A DNA stretch of 59,292 bases from Candidatus Kaiserbacteria bacterium (GTDB lineage Bacteria > Patescibacteriota > Minisyncoccia > Phycocordibacterales > UBA2100): contig JAHFMV010000006.1 of assembly GCA_023267655.1 (NCBI GenBank), positions 1-59,292 on the forward strand. The letters are read 5' to 3'. The notes below the pieces were generated by a model that worked only from the letters and a program-made list of their open reading frames with translations, had not been told where the DNA came from and searched no databases. Below are positions 1 to 8,486 of the stretch, one piece after another (within the stretch, counting starts at the first letter, position 1; the number at the start of each line of letters is the position of its first letter). The position numbers and the translations under genes were made by a program.

Positions 1-1
1 A

Positions 2-106
2 GAACTGGTGCATGTTGTCAGACGGCTCAACAACCGAGAACGAAAACGCCTCGGCTTTGTGAGTCCGAGGAGCATGTTCTGGCGGAAGCGCAAAGGTTGC
101 AATTAG
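2..106 (+). mobile_element. 3' end of an IS30-family-like transposase gene (truncated by window edge)
   Basis: Frame 2 reads ELVHVVRRLNNRERKRLGFVSPRSMFWRKRKGCN*. This resembles the conserved IS30 C-terminus LNxRPRKxLGxxTPxExF. Stop TAG at 104-106. Confidence 0.5.
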
Positions 107-180
107 AGTGCTAATTCAGGAGCTGACCAAATTGGTGCCTGACACTTTTTCCCTTTTTCCTCCAAAATTAATGAGTGACG

Positions 181-1665
181 CTACTCACCAATAACACTCA
201 TGCTAACCTTTGGTGTAATACCAAATTCCCACGACAATCGAGCCCATGCTTCAAGCTTCTGCTTGAAAATGATTGATTTAATTTCAGACAATTTTGGAGG
301 CATGCTTTTTCTTTTAAAAATAAGCCATACGCAGTAGCTCTTAAAGTTGCTGTCAAGCTTTTTAATATTTGCCTTTTTATTTATGAGAATCAAAGTATTA
401 CTTGCTTGATCAAGAACATACCCAAAGTCTTGAGTCGTACCACGCTTCACGGCATAAACGCAGTCTCCCTTTTTGAGATCCCACGCCTCAATCTGCGTCC
501 CAGATTTTACCTTTATCTTCGAGAAATTCTTATCAGCGACCTCGAATCCATGAGATTCTAGGCTCTTATTAAAATCTCCCTCTGAATTTGTTACGACCCT
601 AAATCGGTCTTCAACTTCTTCAATGTCGATAGCATCAATATACTCATCCAGCTGATCAATGTAGTCTTCATTGAAATGCATCCATGTCCCGCGTGTCAGA
701 AGAACATTTTTTTCATCAACAACATAATCGATCGCTTCTCTCAGCGGCTTTGCGTAACTTCGCGCGTCCTCTCTTGATACATGCACTTTTATGTTCAAGA
801 TTTCTTCGTTCGGTATTGAGTATGCATCGACAAATGCATTCACGTCACGCATCAAGAGCAGATCGAAGACATCAGAATTTCGACCATGATAACTGTAGGA
901 ATATTTCTCTTGTCCTGTGAAAACAAAATCTGTTCCAACAAGTTCATGGTGGTTCAACTCGAATTCAGCATTCTCCGCCCGGATATCCCTAATGAGTTTG
1001 TTCTCATACGACTTTGTGGCGGATGACGCGGAAAGAACTGTGGTGCGTGGCAATTTAAATAACTCGGGCTTCTCCAGTACCAAAATTAGATCGTCCAGAA
1101 ATCCTGGCAGTTCATCTTTTTCGATATCAGGGCTCAGCAAAACTGAAGAGCCGAACTTGCCAGAAACACCAAAAGTATCTTTGTAGTCTTTGATAACTGC
1201 GGCTTGCAGATAATCTACGGATTCGCCACTCTCAATGTCCAAGTGGCTATTCTTAGCGTAGCTCTTTATCTCTTTTTTCTTTCGGCCCGCGAATTTCTTT
1301 GAGGATTTTTGCCTGGTGTCATCCTGGTCGGCGATCCTTTTTGCAATCTCCGTTCCAAAGTCATGGTCGCAAAATTGTCTCAAATAGAAATGAGTTTTCC
1401 CGTAGCTAATAACCAAGCAAACTTCATCTTTAATCCAGAGGTATGCACCATAAAACATTTTATTTTCCGGTTTTGGATCCGGGAAAAAATCAGAATAAGT
1501 TGCGATCCAGGGGATGGGGATCGGTTGAGCATTTTTCGAAAAAAAGAAATGTGTATCCCATTCTTTCTTCTTCTCGTGGTGAATTCGGCGCAAACCTACG
1601 GAGGTAAATTTCTCCAGAAGCGGAGCAACATCTTCTTTGGGAATTTGGAAAATGTTCAATTTCAT
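181..1665 (-). CDS. Uncharacterized ~494-aa protein, DUF6119/TIGR04141-like (sporadically distributed family), last gene of the R-M operon
   Basis: Long intact ORF. The first ATG (1665) is preceded by GGAGTGG. The family call rests on length and N-terminal pattern by eye only. It lies 56 nt downstream of the REase gene on the same strand. Confidence 0.55.
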   Translation of the reverse strand: MKLNIFQIPKEDVAPLLEKFTSVGLRRIHHEKKKEWDTHFFFSKNAQPIPIPWIATYSDFFPDPKPENKMFYGAYLWIKDEVCLVISYGKTHFYLRQFCDHDFGTEIAKRIADQDDTRQKSSKKFAGRKKKEIKSYAKNSHLDIESGESVDYLQAAVIKDYKDTFGVSGKFGSSVLLSPDIEKDELPGFLDDLILVLEKPELFKLPRTTVLSASSATKSYENKLIRDIRAENAEFELNHHELVGTDFVFTGQEKYSYSYHGRNSDVFDLLLMRDVNAFVDAYSIPNEEILNIKVHVSREDARSYAKPLREAIDYVVDEKNVLLTRGTWMHFNEDYIDQLDEYIDAIDIEEVEDRFRVVTNSEGDFNKSLESHGFEVADKNFSKIKVKSGTQIEAWDLKKGDCVYAVKRGTTQDFGYVLDQASNTLILINKKANIKKLDSNFKSYCVWLIFKRKSMPPKLSEIKSIIFKQKLEAWARLSWEFGITPKVSMSVIGE

Positions 1666-1733
1666 ATTTAGAACCACTCCGCCACTCTCCCATGATGCGA
1701 ACAGGTGCCGCGACGGTTTGGCTTATTGAAATA

Positions 1734-2243
1734 CTATAAGCCCAATTCTTCTATAGGGAGCGTTTTGAAGAAAGCTTTGCATCCCATCGCTGAGACATAG
1801 TTCAATACATCACGATATGCGGGCTTCATAAACCATTCGTTCAACACGTAGGAATATTCAATATCAATTCCCAACGGTGCAAAGAGTTTTGAATACTGTT
1901 TTTTCTTAAAGTCGCACGTTTGAAGTTTCTCATCAACGGAGCCGCCAATCTCTTGAAACTTCAGCTCCACGATGTAGAGCTTTTTTTGTGCCGGGATATA
2001 AATTGCCTCGTCAGGCAGCAGCTGCTTTGAAATAATCTTTTTGTAGTCTATACCCTGCTCTTTCAAGAACACATACAACTTGTGCTTCTTGCAGTTGCGC
2101 GCGACCAGCTCACTATTTTTGAAGATATCAAATCCTTTTACACTGAAGCCTGGCAAATCCACGAGTGCCGCGACTAGGTCGCTTCGCTTTTCAAAATGTA
2201 GCCCCGTCTGAGTTCTCGCACCCCCTTTTCCGCCTTTTTTCAT
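1734..2243 (-). CDS. Putative type II restriction endonuclease (PD-(D/E)XK)
   Basis: 169 aa with LPDEAIY-x9-LYIVELKFQ (a PD...ExK motif). It sits directly downstream of the DNA methyltransferase. Confidence 0.55.
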   Translation of the reverse strand: MKKGGKGGARTQTGLHFEKRSDLVAALVDLPGFSVKGFDIFKNSELVARNCKKHKLYVFLKEQGIDYKKIISKQLLPDEAIYIPAQKKLYIVELKFQEIGGSVDEKLQTCDFKKKQYSKLFAPLGIDIEYSYVLNEWFMKPAYRDVLNYVSAMGCKAFFKTLPIEELGL

Positions 2244-2246
2244 AGT

Positions 2247-2289
2247 CCCCGGATCCTTGATCCTTTTTAGGAAAAGATCAAGTCCCGGA
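2247..2289 (-). promoter_or_regulatory. Strong hairpin in the M-R intergenic spacer
   Basis: CCCCGGATCCTTGATCCTTTTTAGGAAAAGATCAAGTCCCGG: arms CTTGATC/GATCAAG plus outer CCGGA/TCCCGG arms, ending a few nt before the REase ATG. Confidence 0.4.
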
Positions 2290-2293
2290 GAGT

Positions 2294-3127
2294 TTACTTC
2301 TTTATCAGGTCTTTAAAGCGCTTGACCGACAAATCGAGGTAATTTTTCTCCAAGTCAACGCCGATGAACTTGCGACCGTGCGCGACGGCGGCTAAGCCCG
2401 TCGTCGAGCTGCCGGTAAATGGGTCAAGCACGATGTCGTTTTTGTCGGTACTCGCCAATACAATACGCTTCAGCAAATCGAGCGGTTTTTGCGTCGGGTG
2501 CTTTCCATACTTTTTCTCCGATGGTTTTGGCGTGCCCATTGACCACACGGATCGCATTTGGAGGCCTGGCTTTTTCAACTGATCTTCCGGCCAACGACCC
2601 CCTTTCATAAGATCGTAGTCAAACTTATGCTTTGCTTTCTTCTCTTTCCTCGCCCAAATGATAGTTTCGTGGCTTGCAGTAAAGAAACGGCAGCTCAAAT
2701 TTGGCGAAGCATTCGGTTTGAACCATGCGATGTCGTTGAGAATGTGAAAGCTGAGCGATTGGAGCGCATGCCCACATTGATATATCGAATGATAGGTACC
2801 ACTTACCCATAACGTGCCATGCGGCTTGAGTACACGCCTACAGGCTTCAAGCCAACGCACATGGAATTCGTAATCGTTTTGAAATCCTTTGCTCGCATCC
2901 CACGCCCCCTTGTTTACGCTGACCATTCGTCCCGCATGGACGGTAAAGCCACCGTTTGAGAGATTGTACGGCGGATCGGCAAAAATCATATCGATGGAAT
3001 CCTCCGGGAGAGTGCTCAGGAGTCCGATGGAGTCGGTGTTGTAGAGGACAAATTCCGGACTCGCAAAATACGGCTTATACGGGACATTCAAAAGAATCTT
3101 ATGATTTTTTTCGATCACGGGAGACAT
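2294..3127 (-). CDS. Beta-class DNA methyltransferase (N6-adenine or N4-cytosine)
   Basis: N-terminal FADPPYNL catalytic motif and C-terminal VLDPFTGSSTTG SAM-binding motif, plus HPTQKPLDLL. Confidence 0.9.
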   Translation of the reverse strand: MSPVIEKNHKILLNVPYKPYFASPEFVLYNTDSIGLLSTLPEDSIDMIFADPPYNLSNGGFTVHAGRMVSVNKGAWDASKGFQNDYEFHVRWLEACRRVLKPHGTLWVSGTYHSIYQCGHALQSLSFHILNDIAWFKPNASPNLSCRFFTASHETIIWARKEKKAKHKFDYDLMKGGRWPEDQLKKPGLQMRSVWSMGTPKPSEKKYGKHPTQKPLDLLKRIVLASTDKNDIVLDPFTGSSTTGLAAVAHGRKFIGVDLEKNYLDLSVKRFKDLIKK

Positions 3128-3133
3128 GGAACA

Positions 3134-3142
3134 ATTCTAGCA
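3134..3142 (-). promoter_or_regulatory. Extended -10 promoter (TGcTAGAAT) 6 nt upstream of the methyltransferase ATG (leaderless)
   Basis: The minus strand reads catatgcTAGAATtgttccATG. Confidence 0.45.
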
Positions 3143-3173
3143 TATGTCTTTTGCACAAGATTCAGAAAATAAG

Positions 3174-3198
3174 GTCATCAAGGTGTCACCTTGATGAC
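3174..3198 (-). terminator. Intrinsic terminator after the YdeI gene
   Basis: Perfect 12-bp palindrome GTCATCAAGGTG-T-CACCTTGATGAC, followed on the minus strand by CUUAUUUUCUG. Confidence 0.55.
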
Positions 3199-3201
3199 TA
3201 A

Positions 3202-3780
3202 CTACCCCTGCGCGGTGGTGGTGGGGCTTAGCGGATTGCGTGTTCCTCGCTCGGCAGATGCGACGACGTGTTTGGCTCGCTTCTCGCGTGTTTCCTTCTG
3301 CACGCCCCGCAATATCCAGCGAAAAAGCGTCCTCTTTGTTGACGGCGCCATGCGGGCGACATTCTGCTGTGCCTTCGCATTCTTTGCGAGTGCTTTTTTA
3401 AGCTCGACCGGCATGTCCGGATTTTTCGGAATGCCGTGATCGTGAGTCGGCCGTGCCTTTCCCATCGTGTAGAACCGCACCCCTTCGGGACTCAACTTTC
3501 CCTCTTTCTGAAGCCTTTCGGCATAGGAAAGCGTGTTATCGCTCCATTTGCTCTTTGTAGTGCGCCGCGAGAAGTTCCGCAGAAAGGTGTCCTCATCGAG
3601 GCGCTTTATCGTCGTGTCGATCCAGCCGTAGCAGATTGCTTCTTCGATAAGTTCACGGTGCGTCGGTGCGGGCTTCCCGGTGTGCCTCTTGTGCAAGACG
3701 ACGGCAATCTTGTTCTCCTTTTTGTGATTCTTCGCAAGCCACTTCCGAAAGTCCTTCGCGCTGAAGATAGGTATCTGCAT
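3202..3780 (-). CDS. YdeI/OmpD-associated family protein
   Basis: FRKWLAKNH...EEAICYGWIDT...KWSDNTL pattern typical of YdeI/DUF1801-like proteins. ATG at 3780 sits 6 nt after a TAGGAT -10 box. Confidence 0.75.
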   Translation of the reverse strand: MQIPIFSAKDFRKWLAKNHKKENKIAVVLHKRHTGKPAPTHRELIEEAICYGWIDTTIKRLDEDTFLRNFSRRTTKSKWSDNTLSYAERLQKEGKLSPEGVRFYTMGKARPTHDHGIPKNPDMPVELKKALAKNAKAQQNVARMAPSTKRTLFRWILRGVQKETREKRAKHVVASAERGTRNPLSPTTTAQG

Positions 3781-3843
3781 TGCCAAATCCTACCCCCAAA
3801 ACCAAGAAAATCCACACAGTCATGGACTGCGAGGTGTCTGCGA

Positions 3844-4029
3844 CTAAGGCAATACGCCTATTTTCTGCTGTTCGTTGAAGCGTTCCACTAGCTCGCGCTG
3901 ATCAGCGTTTGAGCGACGCACAATATCGGCAAGGACACGCTCTCTCTCCTCGAGGGGTGCATCCTTCATGAACGCCGAGAGCGACTCGTGCGTCTTCTTC
4001 GAAAACAGGCCTTTTATGAAGGTAATCAT
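3844..4029 (-). CDS. 61-aa helical/charged protein translationally coupled to the zeta-like kinase (candidate cognate partner)
   Basis: Its ATG (4029-4027) overlaps the zeta gene stop TGA (4028-4026) as ATGA. Sequence MITFIKGLFSKK...ERERVLADIVRRSNADQRELVERF. Confidence 0.5.
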   Translation of the reverse strand: MITFIKGLFSKKTHESLSAFMKDAPLEERERVLADIVRRSNADQRELVERFNEQQKIGVLP

Positions 4030-4748
4030 ACGATGAGTTTCCCTAACTCTTCTCGAGTGTAGCATGCGGGAATATAAGCATCAATTGTGTCCACATTCAT
4101 AATGATTTGTTGAGAGTCGTTTTGATAATTCTTTATAACGACGTTTAGTTGCACACCCGTCCCAAACTCCCACTTAATGCGGTCTGCATTTTCTCGTGAA
4201 CATACAAACGATTCAATGAATGCATCACGAGGAATATTACGCCCCTCGACGAGTTCGCGTTTCTTGGTGAATTCCCACGCAACGAGTGGTTCTTGATACA
4301 AAAAGAAGACAACTTGATCGCGACCTTTATCAATAGAACGGCGAATATTATCCTTTGCTTTCTCAAATCGCGCGAGCGTTCCGTCGAGGATTATGTTCTG
4401 CCGATTACGAAGAACCGAATCGTATAATTTCTCGACGCCGATGGCGGCCGCACCCTGCACTTGCCATGAATTTTCTCCGGAATACTGCGGCAACAGCGGT
4501 CGAATTTCGTCCGCGTCGATTCGTACGATCTTCGTAGGAAATTTTCCTTCAAAAAGAAAAATAAACTGTTTTGAGAACTCGGTCTTCCCCGCTCCCGGCG
4601 AACCAGCCATGTAAATGGAGAGCGGATGCGCCTCAGGTGGGTATTCTTGAGGATCAGCGAATGTCGCAATAAGTTTTTCGCGAAATTCGCGTGTCTTAGC
4701 GTAACGCTTCGCTGCCTCCGCGGTAGCGTCATCAAGCTCCCGATTCAT
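4026..4748 (-). CDS. Zeta-toxin family P-loop kinase
   Basis: Walker A MAGSPGAGKTEF, then RIDADEIR and ILDGTL motifs typical of zeta/PezT-like kinases. A TACAAT -10 box lies 6 nt upstream of the ATG. Confidence 0.8.
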   Translation of the reverse strand: MNRELDDATAEAAKRYAKTREFREKLIATFADPQEYPPEAHPLSIYMAGSPGAGKTEFSKQFIFLFEGKFPTKIVRIDADEIRPLLPQYSGENSWQVQGAAAIGVEKLYDSVLRNRQNIILDGTLARFEKAKDNIRRSIDKGRDQVVFFLYQEPLVAWEFTKKRELVEGRNIPRDAFIESFVCSRENADRIKWEFGTGVQLNVVIKNYQNDSQQIIMNVDTIDAYIPACYTREELGKLIV

Positions 4749-4785
4749 TCTGAAATTGTATGCTGAAAATAAAGAAAATCCACCG

Positions 4786-5181
4786 CTACCAATTCAGATA
4801 GGTAATCGTAAGTTGCAGGATAGTCGCAAACGAAACCCACGCGAGATACGGGATGTTGGCGAATGCGACCCACTTGTAGCGCGGATAGATGACGATGAGC
4901 GCCCATATGAGGGTGCAGAGGACCGCGAGGATGTCGAGCGCGGCGAGCAGGTTGTCCTGGAGGCCGAATTGGACAGGCGTGAAGGCGAAATTGAAGATGA
5001 GGTTGAGCGCAAACGGGAGCGCGACCGCGCGCGGCACTTCTTTTTTCAGAACTTTCCAGAAAACGAATCCAAACGTGATCGTGATGATCGCGTACAAAAC
5101 TGTCCAAACCGGCCCAAAGAGCCACGCGGGCGGCGCCCACGCGGGCTTCATGAGTGCTGCATACCACAGCGCGGTATCCAT
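4786..5181 (-). CDS. tspO: TspO/MBR tryptophan-rich sensory protein
   Basis: LMKPAWAPPAWLFGPVWTVLY... with five TM segments. ATG at 5181 sits 6 nt after a TACTAT -10 box. Confidence 0.85.
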   Translation of the reverse strand: MDTALWYAALMKPAWAPPAWLFGPVWTVLYAIITITFGFVFWKVLKKEVPRAVALPFALNLIFNFAFTPVQFGLQDNLLAALDILAVLCTLIWALIVIYPRYKWVAFANIPYLAWVSFATILQLTITYLNW

Positions 5182-5287
5182 GGATACATAGTACCGCACA
5201 ATGAGGAAAATCCACGTGCCGTGAAATTGACGCCGAGTGGTTCAAAGGATACGTTTACGCAAGAGACGATTCACTCGGGAGAACACG

Positions 5288-5566
5288 ATGAAGTGGGTAC
5301 TGGTCTTTTTCGCCTTTCTCGCGACGACAGGGATGGCAATGGCAGAAACACGTGAAGATTTCGCGAGCCGGCTTGAAGTAAAAACAAAGAACGCTTCCTG
5401 CAACGCCACCGTGCGCCCCTTAGAGAGCATCCCCGACTACAAGGAATGCAAAAGCTCGGCTATCGGCACGGAAACGTGGTTTGCCTGCGCCGGAGGGGTT
5501 GATAAGGTCAATCGCGCGATCTTTTTCTGGAACAGCTTTGTGGATAAATGCCAGAAAAGCCAATAA
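5288..5566 (+). CDS. Small secreted Cys-containing protein
   Basis: Signal peptide MKWVLVFFAFLATTGMAMA, GGGAGAA Shine-Dalgarno sequence, terminator downstream. Confidence 0.6.
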   Translation: MKWVLVFFAFLATTGMAMAETREDFASRLEVKTKNASCNATVRPLESIPDYKECKSSAIGTETWFACAGGVDKVNRAIFFWNSFVDKCQKSQ

Positions 5567-5577
5567 CAGAGTAGCGA

Positions 5578-5601
5578 GGGCCGCGTCAGCGGCCCTTTTT
5601 T
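5578..5601 (+). terminator. Rho-independent terminator
   Basis: GGGCCGC-GTCA-GCGGCCC followed by TTTTTT. Confidence 0.75.
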
Positions 5602-5665
5602 AGCGAACAAAATTCACTTCTTACGTCCAATACAGCCCCGTGCGCATTGTCCACATATCATACTT

Positions 5666-5694
5666 AAATGCGCAAGGCTAAGCCTTGCGCATTT
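5666..5694 (-). terminator. Hairpin terminator after the DUF167 gene
   Basis: AAATGCGCAAGGC-TAA-GCCTTGCGCATTT, a 13-bp stem, 5 nt from the stop codon. Confidence 0.5.
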
Positions 5695-5699
5695 AAAAT

Positions 5700-5957
5700 T
5701 TAGTCTATTTCAAATATTTTTCTTTTTGAGGTAGCACCACGGAGGAGGCGGATGCGGGAGAGCGGTAGTTTGAAATAGGTGCTCAAGGCTTTGTGCACGG
5801 CTTCATTTGCTTTGCCGTGTACCGGCGGCGCGGTGACTGAAACCTTATACGTCACTAGTTCCTGATCGTAGCCGCTCATAGGAAGTTGCGCAGGCTCTAA
5901 TCGCTCCACTTTTTCCGTCTTGCTATTCGGTTTTGTGAGGACGATTATTTTTCGCAT
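5700..5957 (-). CDS. DUF167/YggU-family protein
   Basis: 85 aa with VSVTAPPVHGKANEAVHKALSTYFKLPLSRIRLLRGATSKRK, the typical YggU signature. Confidence 0.8.
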   Translation of the reverse strand: MRKIIVLTKPNSKTEKVERLEPAQLPMSGYDQELVTYKVSVTAPPVHGKANEAVHKALSTYFKLPLSRIRLLRGATSKRKIFEID

Positions 5958-6035
5958 GTGTTATTCTGCGGTGAGGGAGGGACTCGGTCAAATGTTAGCT
6001 TTTCCTGGGACTTGGTCATATGGTAAAATGGAGAT

Positions 6036-7031
6036 GTGGCTGAATCGCTTAAAGATAAGATCGCTGTTTTTAAAACCGGTGCTCAACGTGCTTTTATTGA
6101 AGCGGTGGAAAAGAAATATTCGGTCGAAAGAATTGCACGGATATGCTCAGGCTCAACGCGTACCATCCGCGATTGGAGAAGAGAGAAATTTAATATGCGA
6201 TTATTATGTGCTCGCTCCCTTTCCAGACAGGCACAAATTCCACTCCCGAAGAATATCAAAATCTGCGATAGATACGCGCATACGCACGACGCAGCAATAA
6301 AAGGAGCTCGCGCTTTATTAAAGAAGTATGGTCGCATTCCTGTTGATGAAAATTACAGAAAAGCGCAATGGTTTAAGTGGTGGCAGCAAAATGGTCGCTT
6401 TCAAATACAAGTGCCGCAGTTTTATGCACTCCCCGTTGTTGAGCCGCCAAAAAGTGTCGAGCTCGCCGAATTTATAGGAACTATGATGGGAGACGGCGGC
6501 TTAAGCAAATACCAAGCATGCATCACGCTCCATCATATCGATGATCGAAAATACATCGATTTTGTTATCGCACGAATCAAGATATTATTTAAAATTACAC
6601 CTGCCTTATACCATATTCCGAAATCCTCAGTCTTTAATATCGTGATATCCAGAACGGGCGTAGTGGATTATCTACACTCTCTCGGGCTTCCTATCGGCAA
6701 TAAGGTTCGACAACAATTTGACATGCCTGAATGGATAACGGAAAATAAGAAATTCGCAATCGCGTGTGTGCGCGGGCTCGTCGACACTGATGGTTCCGTT
6801 TTTACCCACTCGTATAAAGTAAAAGGCAAATGGTACCACTACAAAAAACTCTCCTTTTGCAGCCGTTCACAACCACTCCAATACACGGTAGCCCGTATAC
6901 TGACTGAGCTTGGTATGCGCGCTCGGATATCCGGTTATGACGTTTGCCTGGACAGCATTGCGGATATGAAAAGGTTCTTTGCCGTCATTGGGTCGAGTAA
7001 TCCCAAACATTTGGAAAGATACGCTAAATAA
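6036..7031 (+). CDS. Free-standing LAGLIDADG homing endonuclease with an N-terminal HTH-like region
   Basis: Two LAGLIDADG motifs (LAEFIGTMMGDGG and ACVRGLVDTDGSV). GTG start 6 nt after TGgTAAAAT (6021-6029). Confidence 0.85.
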   Translation: MAESLKDKIAVFKTGAQRAFIEAVEKKYSVERIARICSGSTRTIRDWRREKFNMRLLCARSLSRQAQIPLPKNIKICDRYAHTHDAAIKGARALLKKYGRIPVDENYRKAQWFKWWQQNGRFQIQVPQFYALPVVEPPKSVELAEFIGTMMGDGGLSKYQACITLHHIDDRKYIDFVIARIKILFKITPALYHIPKSSVFNIVISRTGVVDYLHSLGLPIGNKVRQQFDMPEWITENKKFAIACVRGLVDTDGSVFTHSYKVKGKWYHYKKLSFCSRSQPLQYTVARILTELGMRARISGYDVCLDSIADMKRFFAVIGSSNPKHLERYAK

Positions 7032-7048
7032 AGTACGATACGCCTTAC

Positions 7049-7141
7049 GGAGAGGTCGCATAGCTGGTCTAGTGCGGTGGTTTGCTAAATCACTATACGG
7101 GTAAAACCGTATCGAGGGTTCGAATCCCTCCCTCTCCGCCA
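7049..7141 (+). tRNA. tRNA-Ser (anticodon GCU) with long variable arm and encoded CCA
   Basis: Manual cloverleaf: acceptor GGAGAGG/CCTCTCC, anticodon arm GTGGT-TTGCTAA-ATCAC, variable hairpin ATACGG..CCGTAT, T arm GAGGG-TTCGAAT-CCCTC. Confidence 0.9.
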
Positions 7142-7659
7142 TGGCACGAATAATAATCGTCGATGAAAACGATACCCCGATCGGTGCAAAGCCGCGCGAG
7201 GCTGTTACTGCGGACGACTGCTATCGCGCCGCGGCTATTTGGATTACGAAGCCAGGCGGCGATATTTTGATGGCGCAGCGCGCGCAAGGAAAGACGAGTG
7301 CCGGACGCTGGGGTGCAGCGGTGACCGGCACCGTTGAAGAAGGCGAAGAATATCTCACGAACGCCATCAAAGAATCTGCTGAAGAGATCGGTCTCATGGT
7401 CAATCCGAAGAAACTTGAAAAAGGCCCGCATATACGGACGCAGAGTTCGGGAAGAAATTATTTTACACAATGGTATACCTACGTCACCGACATGCCGACT
7501 GATGTGATGGAACTCAAAAAGGACGAAGTTGCACAAGTACGCTGGCTCTCGCGCGAAGTTGTAAAACAAATGCTCGAAAAAGAACCCAAACTACTCGTCG
7601 AGAGCGCCCCACAGTGGCTTCCAAAATTACTCAAAGAAACGGAGGTTGAGGCTGCATAA
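7141..7659 (+). CDS. Nudix hydrolase
   Basis: Nudix box GTVEEGEEYLTNAIKESAEEIGL. The A of the ATG is the last base of the tRNA CCA. Confidence 0.8.
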   Translation: MARIIIVDENDTPIGAKPREAVTADDCYRAAAIWITKPGGDILMAQRAQGKTSAGRWGAAVTGTVEEGEEYLTNAIKESAEEIGLMVNPKKLEKGPHIRTQSSGRNYFTQWYTYVTDMPTDVMELKKDEVAQVRWLSREVVKQMLEKEPKLLVESAPQWLPKLLKETEVEAA

Positions 7660-7685
7660 AAAAGAGCCCGCAGTGCTGCGAGCTC

Positions 7686-8201
7686 CTAGGTCTTGAATCC
7701 AGCGACGTACGCGATACGCGGCTTCATGAGCAGCGTCTTCTGGCGTGGCCCATACCACACTTCCCCGGTAATTCTCCACCCATTGACGACGAGCGGCACC
7801 CACATCGGATCAGCAGGCAGCATCTCGCCAAGCGGCAATTTCTTGACGGGAAACCACCTCGGGTCGAGCATGGTCGCGGTCGCATGTTCGCTCCCCCGCC
7901 ACATACGGATAACGAACACCTCACAGCGGCACGTGGAAAACATTCCGTTCTCTTTTTGATTGTGAAAAGCGATCTCGGCAACTTTTTCCAAATGTTCCGG
8001 TCGTGCAATTAGGCCTGATTCTTCTTCGAGCTCGCGGACCGCTGCATCGATTGCCGTTTCGCCCGGCTCGATGCCGCCGCCGTAGCCATTCCGGCATCCT
8101 GCGCCAATCTTGTTTCCTTCTTTTGTCTTCGTTGCAAGAAGCACTTTCCGCGCCCGGATTGGAAACACGATCACTGCTTTGAGAAGCGTTTTCTCTTCCA
8201 T
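7686..8201 (-). CDS. Nudix hydrolase (MutT-like)
   Basis: Canonical Nudix box GGGIEPGETAIDAAVRELEEESGL. ATG at 8201 is preceded by AGGAGA and by TGgTATATG (8231-8239). The track ORF extends to a GTG at 8240. Confidence 0.8.
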   Translation of the reverse strand: MEEKTLLKAVIVFPIRARKVLLATKTKEGNKIGAGCRNGYGGGIEPGETAIDAAVRELEEESGLIARPEHLEKVAEIAFHNQKENGMFSTCRCEVFVIRMWRGSEHATATMLDPRWFPVKKLPLGEMLPADPMWVPLVVNGWRITGEVWYGPRQKTLLMKPRIAYVAGFKT

Positions 8202-8245
8202 GGCACTCTCCTGTGCAGGTCTCCCCCCATCATATACCACATACG

Positions 8246-8272
8246 AAAAGCTGGCCTCCGGAGCCAGCTTTT
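8246..8272 (-). terminator. Bidirectional-looking intrinsic terminator hairpin
   Basis: AAAAGCTGGC-CTCCGGA-GCCAGCTTTT. It sits just upstream of the Nudix promoter, so it ends some other minus-strand transcript. Confidence 0.55.
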
Positions 8273-8486
8273 CGATTCTCTTGTGATCACAAGCCGATTC
8301 AGTTATTTCTTAGGTTCATCAAACATAGTGTTGATGTTAGCTGATAACCTCCTAATGCTAGAAAATCACCCTTGCCGAGCAAGGCAAAGTCGTGATGTGC
8401 TTGGTTTGTGCGGTGATCAAGCCATCTTTTCTCCGTATAGACACTACTGCCTCACGTAGTACATCACTGTCAAGGCAAATGACAGA

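Noticed and set aside
4745-5355. ORFs 4745-5245(-), 4756-5355(+) and 4889-5191(+), which overlap TspO
   Set aside because: The TspO frame has the characteristic Trp-rich TM pattern and a leaderless promoter. The alternatives are low-complexity R/E/P-rich shadows.
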